Part shown: in pieces, positions 16,746 through 26,988 of the stretch
Position numbering within the stretch: position 1 is the first letter of the stretch
Layout: each line of letters opens with the position of its first letter
DNA from: Oscillospiraceae bacterium
Lineage (GTDB): Bacteria; Bacillota; Clostridia; Oscillospirales; Oscillospiraceae
Length of the DNA: 64,000 bases
Direction of reading: 5' to 3'
Assembly: GCA_017540645.1 (NCBI GenBank)
Contig: JAFYAQ010000010.1
Location: forward strand, 25,785-89,784
Translations under genes and position numbers: made by a program
Notes under the pieces: model-generated
What the model saw: the letters and a program-made list of their open reading frames with translations, nothing else
What the model was told of the DNA's origin: nothing
Database searches by the model: none

Positions 16746-17319
16746 AATCAAAAGAAAGACCGCCGAGACGGATATTGACCTTTTTCTGAATCTGGACGGC
16801 AGCGGCATGGCCGAGATCGACAGCGGCTGCGGTTTCCTGGACCACATGCTGACCCTGCTGGCCCGCCACGGCCGCTTTGACCTGCGGGTGCGCTGCGTGG
16901 GCGACACCCGGGTGGACGATCACCACACGGTGGAGGACGTGGGCATCGCCCTGGGGACAGCCCTGCGCACGGCCCTGGGGGAGAAACGGGGCATCGAGCG
17001 CTACGGCAGTGTGCTGCTGCCCATGGACGAGGCCCTGGTCGCCTGCGCGCTGGACCTGTCCGGCCGCTGTCTGCTCCGCTACCGTCTGGAGCCTCCCACC
17101 CAGAAGGTGGGCAGCTTTGACACGGAGCTGATCGAAGAATTCTTCTGGGGCTTTGCCCGGGCCGGGGAGCTGACGCTGCACCTTCGGCAGCTGGACGGGA
17201 GCAACTCCCACCACATCCTGGAGGCGGGCTTCAAGGCCCTGGGCCGGGCCCTGCGCCAGGCCGTCCGGATCGATCCGAGTCTGGAGGGAGAGATCCCCTC
17301 CACCAAGGGCATGCTATGA
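16732..17319 (+). CDS. hisB: Imidazoleglycerol-phosphate dehydratase
   Basis: GTG start; RKTAETDI, GFLDHML, DDHHTVEDVGIALG, NSHHILEAGFKALGRAL. Confidence 0.95.
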   Translation: MRTSEIKRKTAETDIDLFLNLDGSGMAEIDSGCGFLDHMLTLLARHGRFDLRVRCVGDTRVDDHHTVEDVGIALGTALRTALGEKRGIERYGSVLLPMDEALVACALDLSGRCLLRYRLEPPTQKVGSFDTELIEEFFWGFARAGELTLHLRQLDGSNSHHILEAGFKALGRALRQAVRIDPSLEGEIPSTKGML

Positions 17320-17933
17320 TCGCCATCGTGGATTACGGAGTGGGGAATCTCTTCTCCCTGAAAAGCTCCTTCGCGGCGGTGGGGGCCCGGACCCTGGTCA
17401 CCGGGGATGCGGCTCTGCTGCGCCAGGCGGACAAGCTGGTCCTGCCGGGGGTGGGGGCCTTCGGAGACGCAGCCCGGAAGCTCCGCCAGAGCGGTCTTGA
17501 CACCCTTTTGCAGGAGGAAGCCGCCCGGGGCAAGCCTCTGCTGGGCATCTGTCTGGGGATGCAGCTTTTGTTCACCTCCAGTCTGGAATACGGGGAACAC
17601 CCCGGTCTGGACCTGATCCCCGGTACGGTCCGCCCCATCGCAGAGGTCATCCCCGAGGGGCTCAAGATCCCCCATATCGGCTGGAACGCCCTGGAGCTCA
17701 CCGGCGCCGAGGACCCGATCCTGCACCGGGTAAAACCGGGGGACTGCGTCTATTTCGTCCATTCCTTTTATGCCCGGACCGAAGATCGCTATATCTCCGC
17801 CGTCACCGAATACGGTGCGAAGCTGACGGCCTGCGTCCGTCGGGACCGGGTCTGGGGCTGCCAGTTCCACCCGGAGAAAAGCGGACGGGTGGGGCTGCGC
17901 ATCCTGCGGGAATTCACATGCTTGGAGGCTTGA
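17316..17933 (+). CDS. hisH: Imidazole glycerol phosphate synthase, glutaminase subunit
   Basis: IAIVDYGVGNLFS, GICLGMQLLF, QFHPEKS. Confidence 0.95.
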   Translation: MIAIVDYGVGNLFSLKSSFAAVGARTLVTGDAALLRQADKLVLPGVGAFGDAARKLRQSGLDTLLQEEAARGKPLLGICLGMQLLFTSSLEYGEHPGLDLIPGTVRPIAEVIPEGLKIPHIGWNALELTGAEDPILHRVKPGDCVYFVHSFYARTEDRYISAVTEYGAKLTACVRRDRVWGCQFHPEKSGRVGLRILREFTCLEA

Positions 17934-17934
17934 C

Positions 17935-18648
17935 ATGATCGTATTACCCGCCATCGACCTGGTGGGCGGCAAGGCCGTGCGCCTTTTCCAGGGAGACTAC
18001 GAAAAAATGACGGTCTACAACGAAAACCCGGCGGACGCGGCCCGGAGCTTTCAGGAGGCAGGGGCCGCCTGGCTCCACGTGGTGGATCTGGAAGGAGCCC
18101 GGGACGGCGGAACGCCCAATCTCCCCTCCGTGGCGCGCATCCTGCGGGAGACAGAGCTTCAGGTGGAGCTGGGCGGCGGCATTCGGGACATGGAGACCGT
18201 GGAGCGGTATCTGGGGCTGGGGGTGCGCCGGGTGATCCTGGGCACCGCGGCGGTCCGGGACCGGGCTTTTCTGGAAGCGGCTCTCGGGCGCTTCGGCAGC
18301 CGGGTGGCCGTGGGCGTGGACCTGCGTGATGGCTTTGTAGCCATCCGCGGCTGGCGGGAGGTCACCGACCTGCCGGCCCGGGACTTCTGCGCAGAGCTGG
18401 CGGCCATGGGCCTGCAGACTCTGATCTGTACGGATATCTCCCGGGACGGCGCCATGCGCGGCACCAACCGGCAGCTCTACCGGGAATTGAACGCCGCCCT
18501 GGGGCTGGATCTGATCGCCTCGGGAGGCGTCTCCACCCCGGAGGACCTGCGGGAACTGAAGGAAAGCGGCGTATATGGCGCCATCATCGGGAAGGCCCTG
18601 TACACCGGAGCTCTGACCCTGCCGGCGGCCTTGGAGGCGGCGCGATGA
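17935..18648 (+). CDS. hisA: ProFAR isomerase
   Basis: VLPAIDLVGGKAVRL, HVVDLEGA, GGGIRD, IASGGVS. Confidence 0.95.
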   Translation: MIVLPAIDLVGGKAVRLFQGDYEKMTVYNENPADAARSFQEAGAAWLHVVDLEGARDGGTPNLPSVARILRETELQVELGGGIRDMETVERYLGLGVRRVILGTAAVRDRAFLEAALGRFGSRVAVGVDLRDGFVAIRGWREVTDLPARDFCAELAAMGLQTLICTDISRDGAMRGTNRQLYRELNAALGLDLIASGGVSTPEDLRELKESGVYGAIIGKALYTGALTLPAALEAAR

Positions 18649-19409
18649 TCACCAAACGCATCATCCCCTGCCTGGACGTGCGGAACGGTCGGGTGGTCAA
18701 GGGCGTGAATTTTCAGGGGCTCAACGATGTGAACGACCCGGTGGCCCTGGCGGAGTTTTACACGGAAAACGGCGCGGACGAGCTGGTTTTCTACGATATC
18801 ACCGCCTCCGCGGAGGGCCGGGCCCTGTTTACCGATATCCTGACGCGAACGGCGGAGCGGGTCTTCATCCCTCTGACCGTGGGGGGCGGCATCAACTCCA
18901 TAGAGGATTTTGACCGGGTGTTGAAGTGCGGCGCGGACAAGGTCAGCGTCAATTCCGGCGCCATCCGGCGCCCGGAGCTGATCCGGGAGGCGGCGGAGAA
19001 ATACGGCGATCAGTGCGTGGTGCTGTCCGCGGATATCCAGCGGGTGGACGGGGAATTTCGCGTCTTCGCCCGGGGCGGCCGGGACGACACCGGCATCGAG
19101 GCCATCGGCTGGCTGCAGCGGGGCGTGGCCCTGGGGGCCGGGGAGATCGTGGTGAACTCCATCGACACCGACGGGGTAAAGGGAGGCTTTGACCTGGAGC
19201 TGCTCGAGCGGGTCTGCGAGGCCGTGACCGTGCCGGTGATCGCCTCCGGCGGCGCGGGCTGCGCCGAAGATTTCGTCACCCTGTTTGAGACGCTCCCCGG
19301 CGTGGACGCGGGACTGGCCGCCTCCATCTTTCATTTCGGAGAAGTAAAGATCCCGGCACTGAAGCAGCTTCTGCGGCAGCGCGGGATCCAAGTGAGGATA
19401 GAACAATGA
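18645..19409 (+). CDS. hisF: Imidazole glycerol phosphate synthase, cyclase subunit
   Basis: [46 protein letters not shown]. Confidence 0.95.
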   Translation: MITKRIIPCLDVRNGRVVKGVNFQGLNDVNDPVALAEFYTENGADELVFYDITASAEGRALFTDILTRTAERVFIPLTVGGGINSIEDFDRVLKCGADKVSVNSGAIRRPELIREAAEKYGDQCVVLSADIQRVDGEFRVFARGGRDDTGIEAIGWLQRGVALGAGEIVVNSIDTDGVKGGFDLELLERVCEAVTVPVIASGGAGCAEDFVTLFETLPGVDAGLAASIFHFGEVKIPALKQLLRQRGIQVRIEQ

Positions 19410-20065
19410 TCGATCTGGATACGCTGAAATTTGATGAAAACGGTCTGATCCCCGCCATTGTGGTGGATGCAGACACGAAGGCCGTGCTGACCCTGGCCTA
19501 CATGAACCGGGAGAGCCTGGCCATCACCCTGGAAAAGGGTCTGACCTGCTTTTACAGCCGCTCCCGGCAGCAGCTCTGGCTCAAGGGGGAGACCAGCGGC
19601 AACTACCAGCATGTGGTCTCCATCACCGCCGACTGCGACCGGGACGCCCTGACCGTACTGGTAAATAAGGACGGCCCCGCCTGCCACACCGGGGCGGAGA
19701 GCTGCTTTTTCAACGAACTCTATCGTTCCGAGACGGAGCAGGCCTTCTCCTATCCGGCCCTGATGGAACTGATCCGGGGCCGGAAAACGGCGCCTCAGGA
19801 GGGCTCCTACACCAGCTACCTCTTCTCCAAGGGGATAGACAAGATCCTCAAGAAGGTGGGCGAGGAGAGCACCGAGGTGATCATCGCCGCCAAGGCCGGA
19901 GACCGGGCCGAGACGGTCTACGAGGTAGCGGACCTGGTCTATCACGTGATGGTCATGATGATCGAGATGGGCATCGACCTGAACGACATCACCGCGGAAC
20001 TGAAGCGCCGCCATGTGATCGACCGCAAGGTGAAACAGGAGAAAATGACCGGCGATGGGCAGTAA
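19406..20065 (+). CDS. hisIE: Bifunctional phosphoribosyl-AMP cyclohydrolase / phosphoribosyl-ATP pyrophosphatase
   Basis: [21 protein letters not shown] (HisI), then [25 protein letters not shown] (HisE). Confidence 0.95.
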   Translation: MIDLDTLKFDENGLIPAIVVDADTKAVLTLAYMNRESLAITLEKGLTCFYSRSRQQLWLKGETSGNYQHVVSITADCDRDALTVLVNKDGPACHTGAESCFFNELYRSETEQAFSYPALMELIRGRKTAPQEGSYTSYLFSKGIDKILKKVGEESTEVIIAAKAGDRAETVYEVADLVYHVMVMMIEMGIDLNDITAELKRRHVIDRKVKQEKMTGDGQ

Positions 20066-20855
20066 CTTTCATACCCACAGCGTCTTCTGTGACGGGAAGG
20101 ACGCGCCGGAGGCCCTGTGCGAGCGGGCGCTGGAGCTGGGGTTTGAGGCCCTGGGCTTTTCCGGGCACAGTCCCCTTTCCTTCGACCCCTGCGGCATGCG
20201 CGACCCTCTGGCCTACCGGGCGGAGATCTCCCGGTTAAAAGAGGTCTATCGGGGGCGGCTGGACATCTTCTGCGGGATCGAGCAGGATTATTTCTCCGGC
20301 TATCGCGCCCCCGGCTGGGACTACGCCATCGGCTCGGTCCACTATGTGAATCACAAGGGGCAGTATCTCCCGGTGGACTGGAGCGCGGAGGAGACGGAGC
20401 GGATCGTCCGCCAGGACTATGAGGGGGACGCCATGGCCTTTTGCGAGGACTATTACGCTCTGGTGGGCCGGGTCGCCGAAGTCACGGGCTGCGACATCAT
20501 CGGCCACCTGGACCTGATCCGCAAATTCGACGAGGCCGGGACCATGTTCCCGGAGGGCGCGCCCCGCTACCGGGCGGCGGTCCTCTCTGCTCTGGACCGG
20601 CTCCGGGCCGGGGAGCGGGTCTTTGAGATCAACACCGGTGCCATGGCCCGGGGCTACCGGACCACGCCCTACCCCTCGGATTGGATCCTCCGGGAGCTGC
20701 ATGACCGGGGAGCGCGGATCATGCTGGGCAGCGACTGCCACGACCGGCGTTTTCTGGACGGCGGCTTTGACGCTGCCCGGGCCGCCGCCCTGAGGGCGGG
20801 CTTTCGGACGGCGGTGATCTGGAGCCGGGATGGCTTTGCGGAGCGGCCTCTTTAA
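20055..20855 (+). CDS. hisK: Histidinol-phosphatase, PHP (HisJ/HisK) family
   Basis: N-terminal [34 protein letters not shown]: the PHP-domain metal ligands. Confidence 0.9.
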   Translation: MGSNFHTHSVFCDGKDAPEALCERALELGFEALGFSGHSPLSFDPCGMRDPLAYRAEISRLKEVYRGRLDIFCGIEQDYFSGYRAPGWDYAIGSVHYVNHKGQYLPVDWSAEETERIVRQDYEGDAMAFCEDYYALVGRVAEVTGCDIIGHLDLIRKFDEAGTMFPEGAPRYRAAVLSALDRLRAGERVFEINTGAMARGYRTTPYPSDWILRELHDRGARIMLGSDCHDRRFLDGGFDAARAAALRAGFRTAVIWSRDGFAERPL

Positions 20856-20868
20856 TAGAATAAGCATA

Positions 20869-20918
20869 CAGCGCCCCGTGTCGGCCGTATAGTCTGCCGA
20901 CACGGGGCGCTGTTTTTT
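20869..20918 (+). terminator. Intrinsic terminator of the his operon (probably bidirectional)
   Basis: 17-bp stem cagcgccccgtgtcggc / gccgacacggggcgctg followed by TTTTTT. Confidence 0.9.
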
Positions 20919-20963
20919 ATTATACGCGAAGAAGACAAGGTCTGCTTTTCATGGAAAACGCGT

Positions 20964-22877
20964 TTACATCTCCAGCTCCTTCATCCGCCGCCACAGAGTG
21001 GAACGGCCGATGCCCAGCATCCGGGCGGCTTGGGTCTTGTTGCCGCCGCAGGCCTGGATGGCAGCCAAGATCTCCTCCGCGTCGAGGGGCTCCGCCGGGG
21101 AGGTCTCCTCCCCATTGGGCTCGACGCCCCCGGTCCCGGCGTCGGGGCTAAGCGACTCCAGGATGATCTGCCGGTAATGAAGGTTGGTGCGGCTGAGCAC
21201 GGAGAACCGCTCGGCGATATTCCTGAGTTCCCGGGTGTTGCCCGGCCAGCTGTACTTCCGGAGCTCCGGCAGGCCGGACAGGTCCCGCAGGGTGTTGTCG
21301 TCGATATGGGGGCAGAGACGGCGGAGATAATGGAGAAAGATCACGGGAACATCCTCCGGCCGCTGGGAGAGCGGCGGGATCTTCAGCGAGAGGATGTTCA
21401 GCCGGTAATAGAGGTCCTTCCGGAACTCCCCCCTCTGCACCAGCTGCCAGAGGTCCTGGTTGGTGGCGGAGAGGATCCGGATGTCGATGGGGCGGATCTT
21501 TTCGCTGCCCACCCGCATCACCTCCCGCTGCTCGATCACCCGCAGCAGATGGGCCTGGGTCTCCGGGGAGATCTCGGCGATCTCATCCAGGAACACGGTG
21601 CCGGAATCCGCCAGCTCGAAAACGCCCCGCTTGCCGCCCCGGCGGGCGCCGGTAAAGGCTCCCTCCTCGTAGCCGAAGAGTTCGCTCTCCAGCAGCTGTT
21701 GGGTCATGGCCGCGCAGTTGACGGCCACGAAAGGCTTTCCGCTCCGGGCGCTGGCGTTGTGGATGCTCTGGGCAAACAGCTCCTTGCCGGTGCCCGAGTC
21801 ACCGACGATCAGCAGCGTGGCGTCGCTTCTGGCGTATTCCCGGGCCGCGTCCACCGCCTTTCGCATCGCAGCGCTGTCGCCGATGATATCCTCAAAGCGG
21901 TGCTTCGCCACCAGGCCGCGGGCGTACAGCTTGTGGCGGATCTGGGCCTCGGCCTGTTCCACCTCATACACGTTCCGGAAGGTGGCCAGCGCTCCGATCA
22001 CTTTCCCGTCGGCCACCATGGGGACCCGGTTCGTGAGCACTTTTGTGTTCCTTTCGTCCTGGATCTGGTCCAGCTCCTTGATCCCGGTCTGCCGGACAAT
22101 ATTCAGCCGGGTATTGGTCAGCACGTCGTAAACCTTTTTTCCCACGGTATCTGCGCTCCGAATGCCGAAGATCTTTTCGGCGCTGGGATTGCACAGAGTG
22201 ATCACATCGTCCTGATTGGTGGCGATCACGCCCTCGCTGATGAAATTGAGCACGCTGGAGAGCTGCCGGGACTGCATGGCCTCCTGGTAGCGGGACTCCA
22301 CCAGATCGGCGGCGGTACGGATCGCCTCGGTGAGACCGGCCTCCGTGACGATATAGTGGCCGTAAAGCCCGTACTCCGCCGCCACCTGCAGCGCCAGACT
22401 GCCGCCGATCACATCCCGGATGCCCTGATCCGCCAGATCCCGGATGATGTCCTCCAGCTGCCGCCGGGTGGAATAGGTACAGATGGTAACGGACAGATTC
22501 GTCAGGTCCTTCAGCATGTGAAGGGCATGGGTCAGCTCCGGATCCGAGGTCTCAAAAAATATACAGCCCACCCGGTCGGTATGCAGGCTCGCGTCCCGCA
22601 GCACGCCGATGATATCGTAGCCGTTGGGGCGGATCTGAACGATGGGAATGGAAGTGATGACATGCTCCAGCGTGGCCGCGTTCCCCCCGGAGGCCACAAA
22701 GGCGTCCACCCGGCCCTCCGCTTCCAGCCGTTTGGCCTCGGCGGACAAATCGTTGAGGACCAGATTCGCATGGATCAGCTCCACATTCGCCGGGATCAAT
22801 TCCGGACTCAGGCTGTTCACCATCTTTTCCAGAATTCCATAGGTAGCCACACAGATCCGGATTTTCAAGTGTACCAT
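20964..22877 (-). CDS. Sigma-54-dependent transcriptional activator, PrpR family
   Basis: 637 aa; PrpR_N-like N-terminus, central PAS-like region, AAA+ sigma-54 interaction module (GDSGTGKELFAQSIH, ESELFGYEEGAFTGA, GTVFLDEI), C-terminal Fis-type HTH (AARMLGIGRSTLWRRMK). Confidence 0.9.
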   Translation of the reverse strand: MVHLKIRICVATYGILEKMVNSLSPELIPANVELIHANLVLNDLSAEAKRLEAEGRVDAFVASGGNAATLEHVITSIPIVQIRPNGYDIIGVLRDASLHTDRVGCIFFETSDPELTHALHMLKDLTNLSVTICTYSTRRQLEDIIRDLADQGIRDVIGGSLALQVAAEYGLYGHYIVTEAGLTEAIRTAADLVESRYQEAMQSRQLSSVLNFISEGVIATNQDDVITLCNPSAEKIFGIRSADTVGKKVYDVLTNTRLNIVRQTGIKELDQIQDERNTKVLTNRVPMVADGKVIGALATFRNVYEVEQAEAQIRHKLYARGLVAKHRFEDIIGDSAAMRKAVDAAREYARSDATLLIVGDSGTGKELFAQSIHNASARSGKPFVAVNCAAMTQQLLESELFGYEEGAFTGARRGGKRGVFELADSGTVFLDEIAEISPETQAHLLRVIEQREVMRVGSEKIRPIDIRILSATNQDLWQLVQRGEFRKDLYYRLNILSLKIPPLSQRPEDVPVIFLHYLRRLCPHIDDNTLRDLSGLPELRKYSWPGNTRELRNIAERFSVLSRTNLHYRQIILESLSPDAGTGGVEPNGEETSPAEPLDAEEILAAIQACGGNKTQAARMLGIGRSTLWRRMKELEM

Positions 22878-22886
22878 CTCCTCGGG

Positions 22887-22923
22887 TGTTTCACCGTTTC
22901 ATTGAAACGTTTCGTATGAAACA
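22887..22923. promoter_or_regulatory. Cluster of GTTTC/GAAAC inverted repeats (candidate activator UAS)
   Basis: TGTTTCA 22887, CGTTTCA 22895, TGAAACG 22903, CGTTTCG 22908, TGAAACA 22917. The centre is ~147 bp upstream of the -24 element and 10 nt from the activator ATG. Confidence 0.55.
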
Positions 22924-23050
22924 GTGTACCGGAAAACGTTGGAATTTGCAAGAGGGTTCCGGGAAAAAGGACGAACCCCTGCTGAAAAATAGCACAAAAA
23001 GGAAAAAGGGGTTTTAGTCGATTGATCTAAAAATCTTTTTTTATGAATGT

Positions 23051-23066
23051 TGGCACGGTTTTTGCG
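23051..23066 (+). promoter_or_regulatory. Sigma-54 (-24/-12) promoter
   Basis: TGGCAC ggttt TTGCG, an exact TGGCAC-N5-TTGC match to consensus, 48 nt upstream of the ATG at 23114. Confidence 0.8.
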
Positions 23067-23113
23067 TAAAAAGGGAATTGAAAAGAGTTCATACCATACA
23101 GGGAAGTGAAGCT

Positions 23114-24376
23114 ATGACTATTACGGAAAAAATACTGGCTGCTCACAGCGGCAGGGATCACGTGGTCCCGGGAGAGCTGGTAACGGCCCGGCTGGACGGC
23201 GTGCTGGCCAACGACGTCACCACCCACATCGCCGTGAAGGAATTTCGGGCCATGGGCTTTGACAAAGTGTTCGACAAGGAACGGGTGTATCTGGTGAACG
23301 ACCACTTTGCCCCCAACGCCAACATCAATGCAGCCACGGCAAGCAAGGTAGCCCGGGATTTCGCCTGTGAGTGCTCCGTCCGGCATTTTTACGACGTGGG
23401 CCGGATGGGCATTGAGCACGCCCTGCTGCCGGAGCAGGGCCTGGTGCTCCCCGGAGAGGCCGTTGTCGGCGGCGACTCCCATACCTGCACCTACGGCGCC
23501 CTGGGCGCTTTCAGCACCGGCATGGGCAGCACCGATATCGCCGTGGCCATGGGCACAGGAGAGCTGTGGTTCAAGGTGCCCAAAACCAGGAAGTTCATTT
23601 TCAACGGCTCCTGTCCCCGGTATGTAACGGGAAAGGATCTGATGCTCTACACGCTGGGGAAGATCAGCGTGTCCGGAGCGCTGTATATGTCCATGGAGTT
23701 CGCGGGACAGGCGATCTCGGAGATGGACATGGACGGCCGCTTCACCATGTGCAACATGGCCATCGAGGCCGGGGCAAAGAACGGTATCATCGAACCGGAC
23801 GAGATGACCCTGGCCTATGTCCGGGAGCACAACCGGCTGAACCGCCCCTTCACGCTGTATAGAAGTGACCCCGACGCGGTCTATGAGCGGGTGGACGAGT
23901 GGGATGTGTCCTCTCTGGAGCCGGTGGTGGCCTGTCCCCATCTGCCGGACAACACCCGCTTTGTCTCCGAGGTGGGGGATGTTCCGGTCCACCAGGTGGT
24001 GATCGGTTCCTGTACAAACGGCCGCATCAGCGATCTGCGGGCGGCGGCGGAGATCCTCAAGGGGCAGCAGGTGGACCGAAACGTACGCTGTATCATCATA
24101 CCCGCCACCGGAGAGATCTACCGGCAGGCCATGCACGAGGGTCTGATGGATATTTTCCTGGACGCCGGCGCGGCCATCTCCACCCCCACCTGCGGACCCT
24201 GCTTCGGCGGGCACATGGGGATCCTGGCCAACGGCGAAACCGCAGTTTCCACCACCAACCGCAATTTTGTAGGCCGGATGGGCCATCCCGGCTCCTCCGT
24301 GTATCTGGCAAGTCCGTATGTGGCTGCCGCGGCGGCGGTGGCCGGCAGAATCATCCATCCCGGGGAGGTGAAGTAA
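23114..24376 (+). CDS. Aconitase-family hydro-lyase large subunit (LeuC / homoaconitase-like)
   Basis: Start at MTITEKILAAHSG. GGDSHTCTYGALGAF, GSCTNGR, TCGPCFGG (Fe-S ligands). Confidence 0.85.
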   Translation: MTITEKILAAHSGRDHVVPGELVTARLDGVLANDVTTHIAVKEFRAMGFDKVFDKERVYLVNDHFAPNANINAATASKVARDFACECSVRHFYDVGRMGIEHALLPEQGLVLPGEAVVGGDSHTCTYGALGAFSTGMGSTDIAVAMGTGELWFKVPKTRKFIFNGSCPRYVTGKDLMLYTLGKISVSGALYMSMEFAGQAISEMDMDGRFTMCNMAIEAGAKNGIIEPDEMTLAYVREHNRLNRPFTLYRSDPDAVYERVDEWDVSSLEPVVACPHLPDNTRFVSEVGDVPVHQVVIGSCTNGRISDLRAAAEILKGQQVDRNVRCIIIPATGEIYRQAMHEGLMDIFLDAGAAISTPTCGPCFGGHMGILANGETAVSTTNRNFVGRMGHPGSSVYLASPYVAAAAAVAGRIIHPGEVK

Positions 24377-24862
24377 ATGGGGATCGTTCATAAATATGGC
24401 GACAATGTGGACACCGATGTGATCGTTCCCGGCAAGTATCTCTCGCTCAATGACCCCAAGGCCCTGGCGAACATCTGCATGGAGGGCATCGACCCCGAAT
24501 TCCCCCGCCGGGTGAAGGAGGGGGACGTGATGGTCGGCGGCGCGAACTTCGGCTGCGGCAGCTCCCGGGAGCACGCCCCCATCGGCATCAAAGCCGCGGG
24601 GATCTCCTGTATCATCGCCGAGAGCTTTGCCCGGATCTTTTACCGCAACTCCATCAACCTGGGACTGCCGGTGCTGGAGGCGCCGGAGGCGGCCCGGGAA
24701 ATCTCTGCCGGGGATGAGGTGACCGTGGACATGGCCGCCGGCATCATCCGGAACCGGACCACCGGCCGGGAATATGCCTTTGTTCCCTTTCCCCCGTCCA
24801 TCATGCAGATCATTCTGGCTGGCGGAATAAAGGCCAAGCTGCTTTCCGATGCAAAGAAATAA
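24377..24862 (+). CDS. Aconitase-family hydro-lyase small subunit (LeuD type 2-like)
   Basis: 161 aa; YGDNVDTDVIVPGKYL, GANFGCGSSREHAP. Confidence 0.85.
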   Translation: MGIVHKYGDNVDTDVIVPGKYLSLNDPKALANICMEGIDPEFPRRVKEGDVMVGGANFGCGSSREHAPIGIKAAGISCIIAESFARIFYRNSINLGLPVLEAPEAAREISAGDEVTVDMAAGIIRNRTTGREYAFVPFPPSIMQIILAGGIKAKLLSDAKK

Positions 24863-24880
24863 ACATAGAGGAGGAATACT

Positions 24881-25744
24881 ATGAGCAAGGCAAAGTTACT
24901 GCGTGACATGCTTAACTCAGGCGAGCTGATCATGGCTCCGGGTGCGTACGATGTCTGGAGCGCGAAGATGGTGGAGGAGGCCGGATTCAAGGCGGTCTAC
25001 ATGACCGGCTACGGCGTATCCGCCAGCGTTCTGGGCAAACCGGACATCGGCCTGATGACCTTCTCCGAGGTCAGCACCATGGCCCGGAACATGGCCGCGG
25101 CCATCCAGGTTCCCCTGATCGCCGACTGCGACACCGGCTTCGGCAACGCTCTGAACGTCATGCGCTGCGTCCAGGAGTTCGAGTCGGCGGGCGTGGCAGC
25201 CATCCAGCTGGAGGACCAGGTGATGCCCAAGCGCTGCGGTCACATGGAGGGCAAGATGCTCATTCCCATGGAGGACATGGTGGCCAAGATCCGCGCGGCG
25301 GTGGCGGCCCGGAAGGACCCGGATTTCGTTATCATCGCCCGAACCGATGCCCGGGCTGTCTACGGCTTTGAGGAGGCGGTGGCCCGGTCCAAAGCCTACG
25401 TGGAGGCCGGCGCGGACGTGATCTTCTTCGAGGCGCCTCAGTCCGTAGAGGAAGTGAAGACCGTAGCCGCCACGCTGAATATCCCGCTGCTGTCCAACAT
25501 GGTGGAAAAGGGCAAGACGCCCCTCTTCTCCACGGAGGAACTCAAGGAGATGGGCTACAACATCGTGATCTATCCGGTGACGGCGTTGTACGCGGCCACC
25601 AAGCACGTGATGGAAACCCTGAAGGTGCTCCTGGAGACCGGCAAGATCTCCGAGACGGTGCCCTATACCTGTGATTTTCCCACCTTCAACAAAATGATCA
25701 ATCTCGCGGAGCTGCGCGCTCTGGAAAAATCCTTCTCGGAGTAA
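24881..25744 (+). CDS. Isocitrate lyase / PEP mutase family lyase (methylisocitrate-lyase-like)
   Basis: 287 aa; PGAYDVWSAK, DCDTGFGN, QLEDQVMPKRCGHMEGK (the K-R-C-G-H active-site loop), IIARTDA. Confidence 0.85.
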   Translation: MSKAKLLRDMLNSGELIMAPGAYDVWSAKMVEEAGFKAVYMTGYGVSASVLGKPDIGLMTFSEVSTMARNMAAAIQVPLIADCDTGFGNALNVMRCVQEFESAGVAAIQLEDQVMPKRCGHMEGKMLIPMEDMVAKIRAAVAARKDPDFVIIARTDARAVYGFEEAVARSKAYVEAGADVIFFEAPQSVEEVKTVAATLNIPLLSNMVEKGKTPLFSTEELKEMGYNIVIYPVTALYAATKHVMETLKVLLETGKISETVPYTCDFPTFNKMINLAELRALEKSFSE

Positions 25745-25758
25745 GAAAGGAGACGAAC

Positions 25759-26955
25759 ATGAAGATTCAGGATCTGCGGGAGCAGGAGAGCTTTCGGTGT
25801 ACGTACATGCGGGGCGGCACGAGCAAAGCAGTCTTTTTCAAGAAGAGCGACCTCCCCACCGATGAAAAGCTCCGGGATGAGATCATCATGGCCGTGTTCG
25901 GCACCGACGTGCGGCAGATCGACGGTCTTGGCGGCGCCGATATCACCACCAGCAAGGTGGCCATCATCGGGCCTCCCACCCGTCCGGACGCGGACGTGGA
26001 CTACAACTTCGGCCAGGTGCAGATGGGCCAGCACAAGATCGTCTGGACCAGCAACTGCGGCAACATCTCCTCCGCCGTGGCCCCCTTTGCCATCGACGAG
26101 GGCATGGTGAAAAACATCACCGAACCCATCACCGAGGTCCGCATCCACAATACCAACACACAGAAGGTCCTCATTTCCCGGGTCCATGTCAAGGACGGGC
26201 GGATGCAGTATTGCGGCGATTTCCATCTGGACGGCGTCCCCGGCACCGCGTCCAAGATCGAGCTGGACTACAAGCTCACCTACGGCGCCACCACCGGCAA
26301 GCTCCTGCCCACCGGGAATGTGGTGGATGAACTGGATGTGCCGGACTTTGGAAAGATCCAGGTGTCTCTGGTGGATATCGCCAATCCGGTCTGCTTTATC
26401 ACGGCGGAGTCCGTGGGCCTTCGGGGGGACGAATCCAAGCCCGAGCTGGCCGCGCTGAAGGACAAGCTGGAGCTGATGGAGCGGATCCGGGCGCAGGCGG
26501 CGGTGAAAATGGGCTATGTGGACCGGGCGGAGGACGCCCTGGAAAAAGCCACCACCCGTCCCATGCTCTCTATCGTTTCCCCCGCCCGGGACTACGCCGA
26601 TTATGCCTCCGGCAAACCGATCCTGGCAAAGGATCTGGACTTCCTGGCCCGGGTCCTCTGGAACCAGGAGCCGGTGGATACCTACACCGGCACCGGCACG
26701 ATCTGCACCTGCGTAGCCGCCCGGATCGAGGGCACTCTGGTCAACCAGGTATGCGGGCCCGAGCCGGAGAAGACCGGGCTTGTGCGCTTCGGCCACGGCC
26801 GGGGCATAAACAGCGTAGCCGTCACGGTCTCCCGCGACGCCGACGGCGGCTTTGTGGTGGACAAGGCAGTGTTCAACCGCACGGCCCGCCGCATCCTGGA
26901 CGGCATCGTGTATGTGAAGAAGGAAGTCATCAACGCCGCTATGGGCGAAGAATAA
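25759..26955 (+). CDS. PrpF family isomerase (2-methylaconitate/aconitate cis-trans isomerase-like)
   Basis: 398 aa; CTYMRGGTSKAVFF, TSKVAIIGP, NCGNISSAV, GTGTICT. Confidence 0.8.
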   Translation: MKIQDLREQESFRCTYMRGGTSKAVFFKKSDLPTDEKLRDEIIMAVFGTDVRQIDGLGGADITTSKVAIIGPPTRPDADVDYNFGQVQMGQHKIVWTSNCGNISSAVAPFAIDEGMVKNITEPITEVRIHNTNTQKVLISRVHVKDGRMQYCGDFHLDGVPGTASKIELDYKLTYGATTGKLLPTGNVVDELDVPDFGKIQVSLVDIANPVCFITAESVGLRGDESKPELAALKDKLELMERIRAQAAVKMGYVDRAEDALEKATTRPMLSIVSPARDYADYASGKPILAKDLDFLARVLWNQEPVDTYTGTGTICTCVAARIEGTLVNQVCGPEPEKTGLVRFGHGRGINSVAVTVSRDADGGFVVDKAVFNRTARRILDGIVYVKKEVINAAMGEE

Positions 26956-26988
26956 GAAATCCGAAATGATGGAGAGAGGAGAAGGCTG

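Noticed and set aside
21030-24574. Long antisense ORFs 21030-22919 (+) and 23027-24574 (-)
   Set aside because: They lie opposite the PrpR-type activator and the LeuC-like gene, both of which carry unambiguous motifs. The antisense translations are compositionally biased with no recognisable domain.
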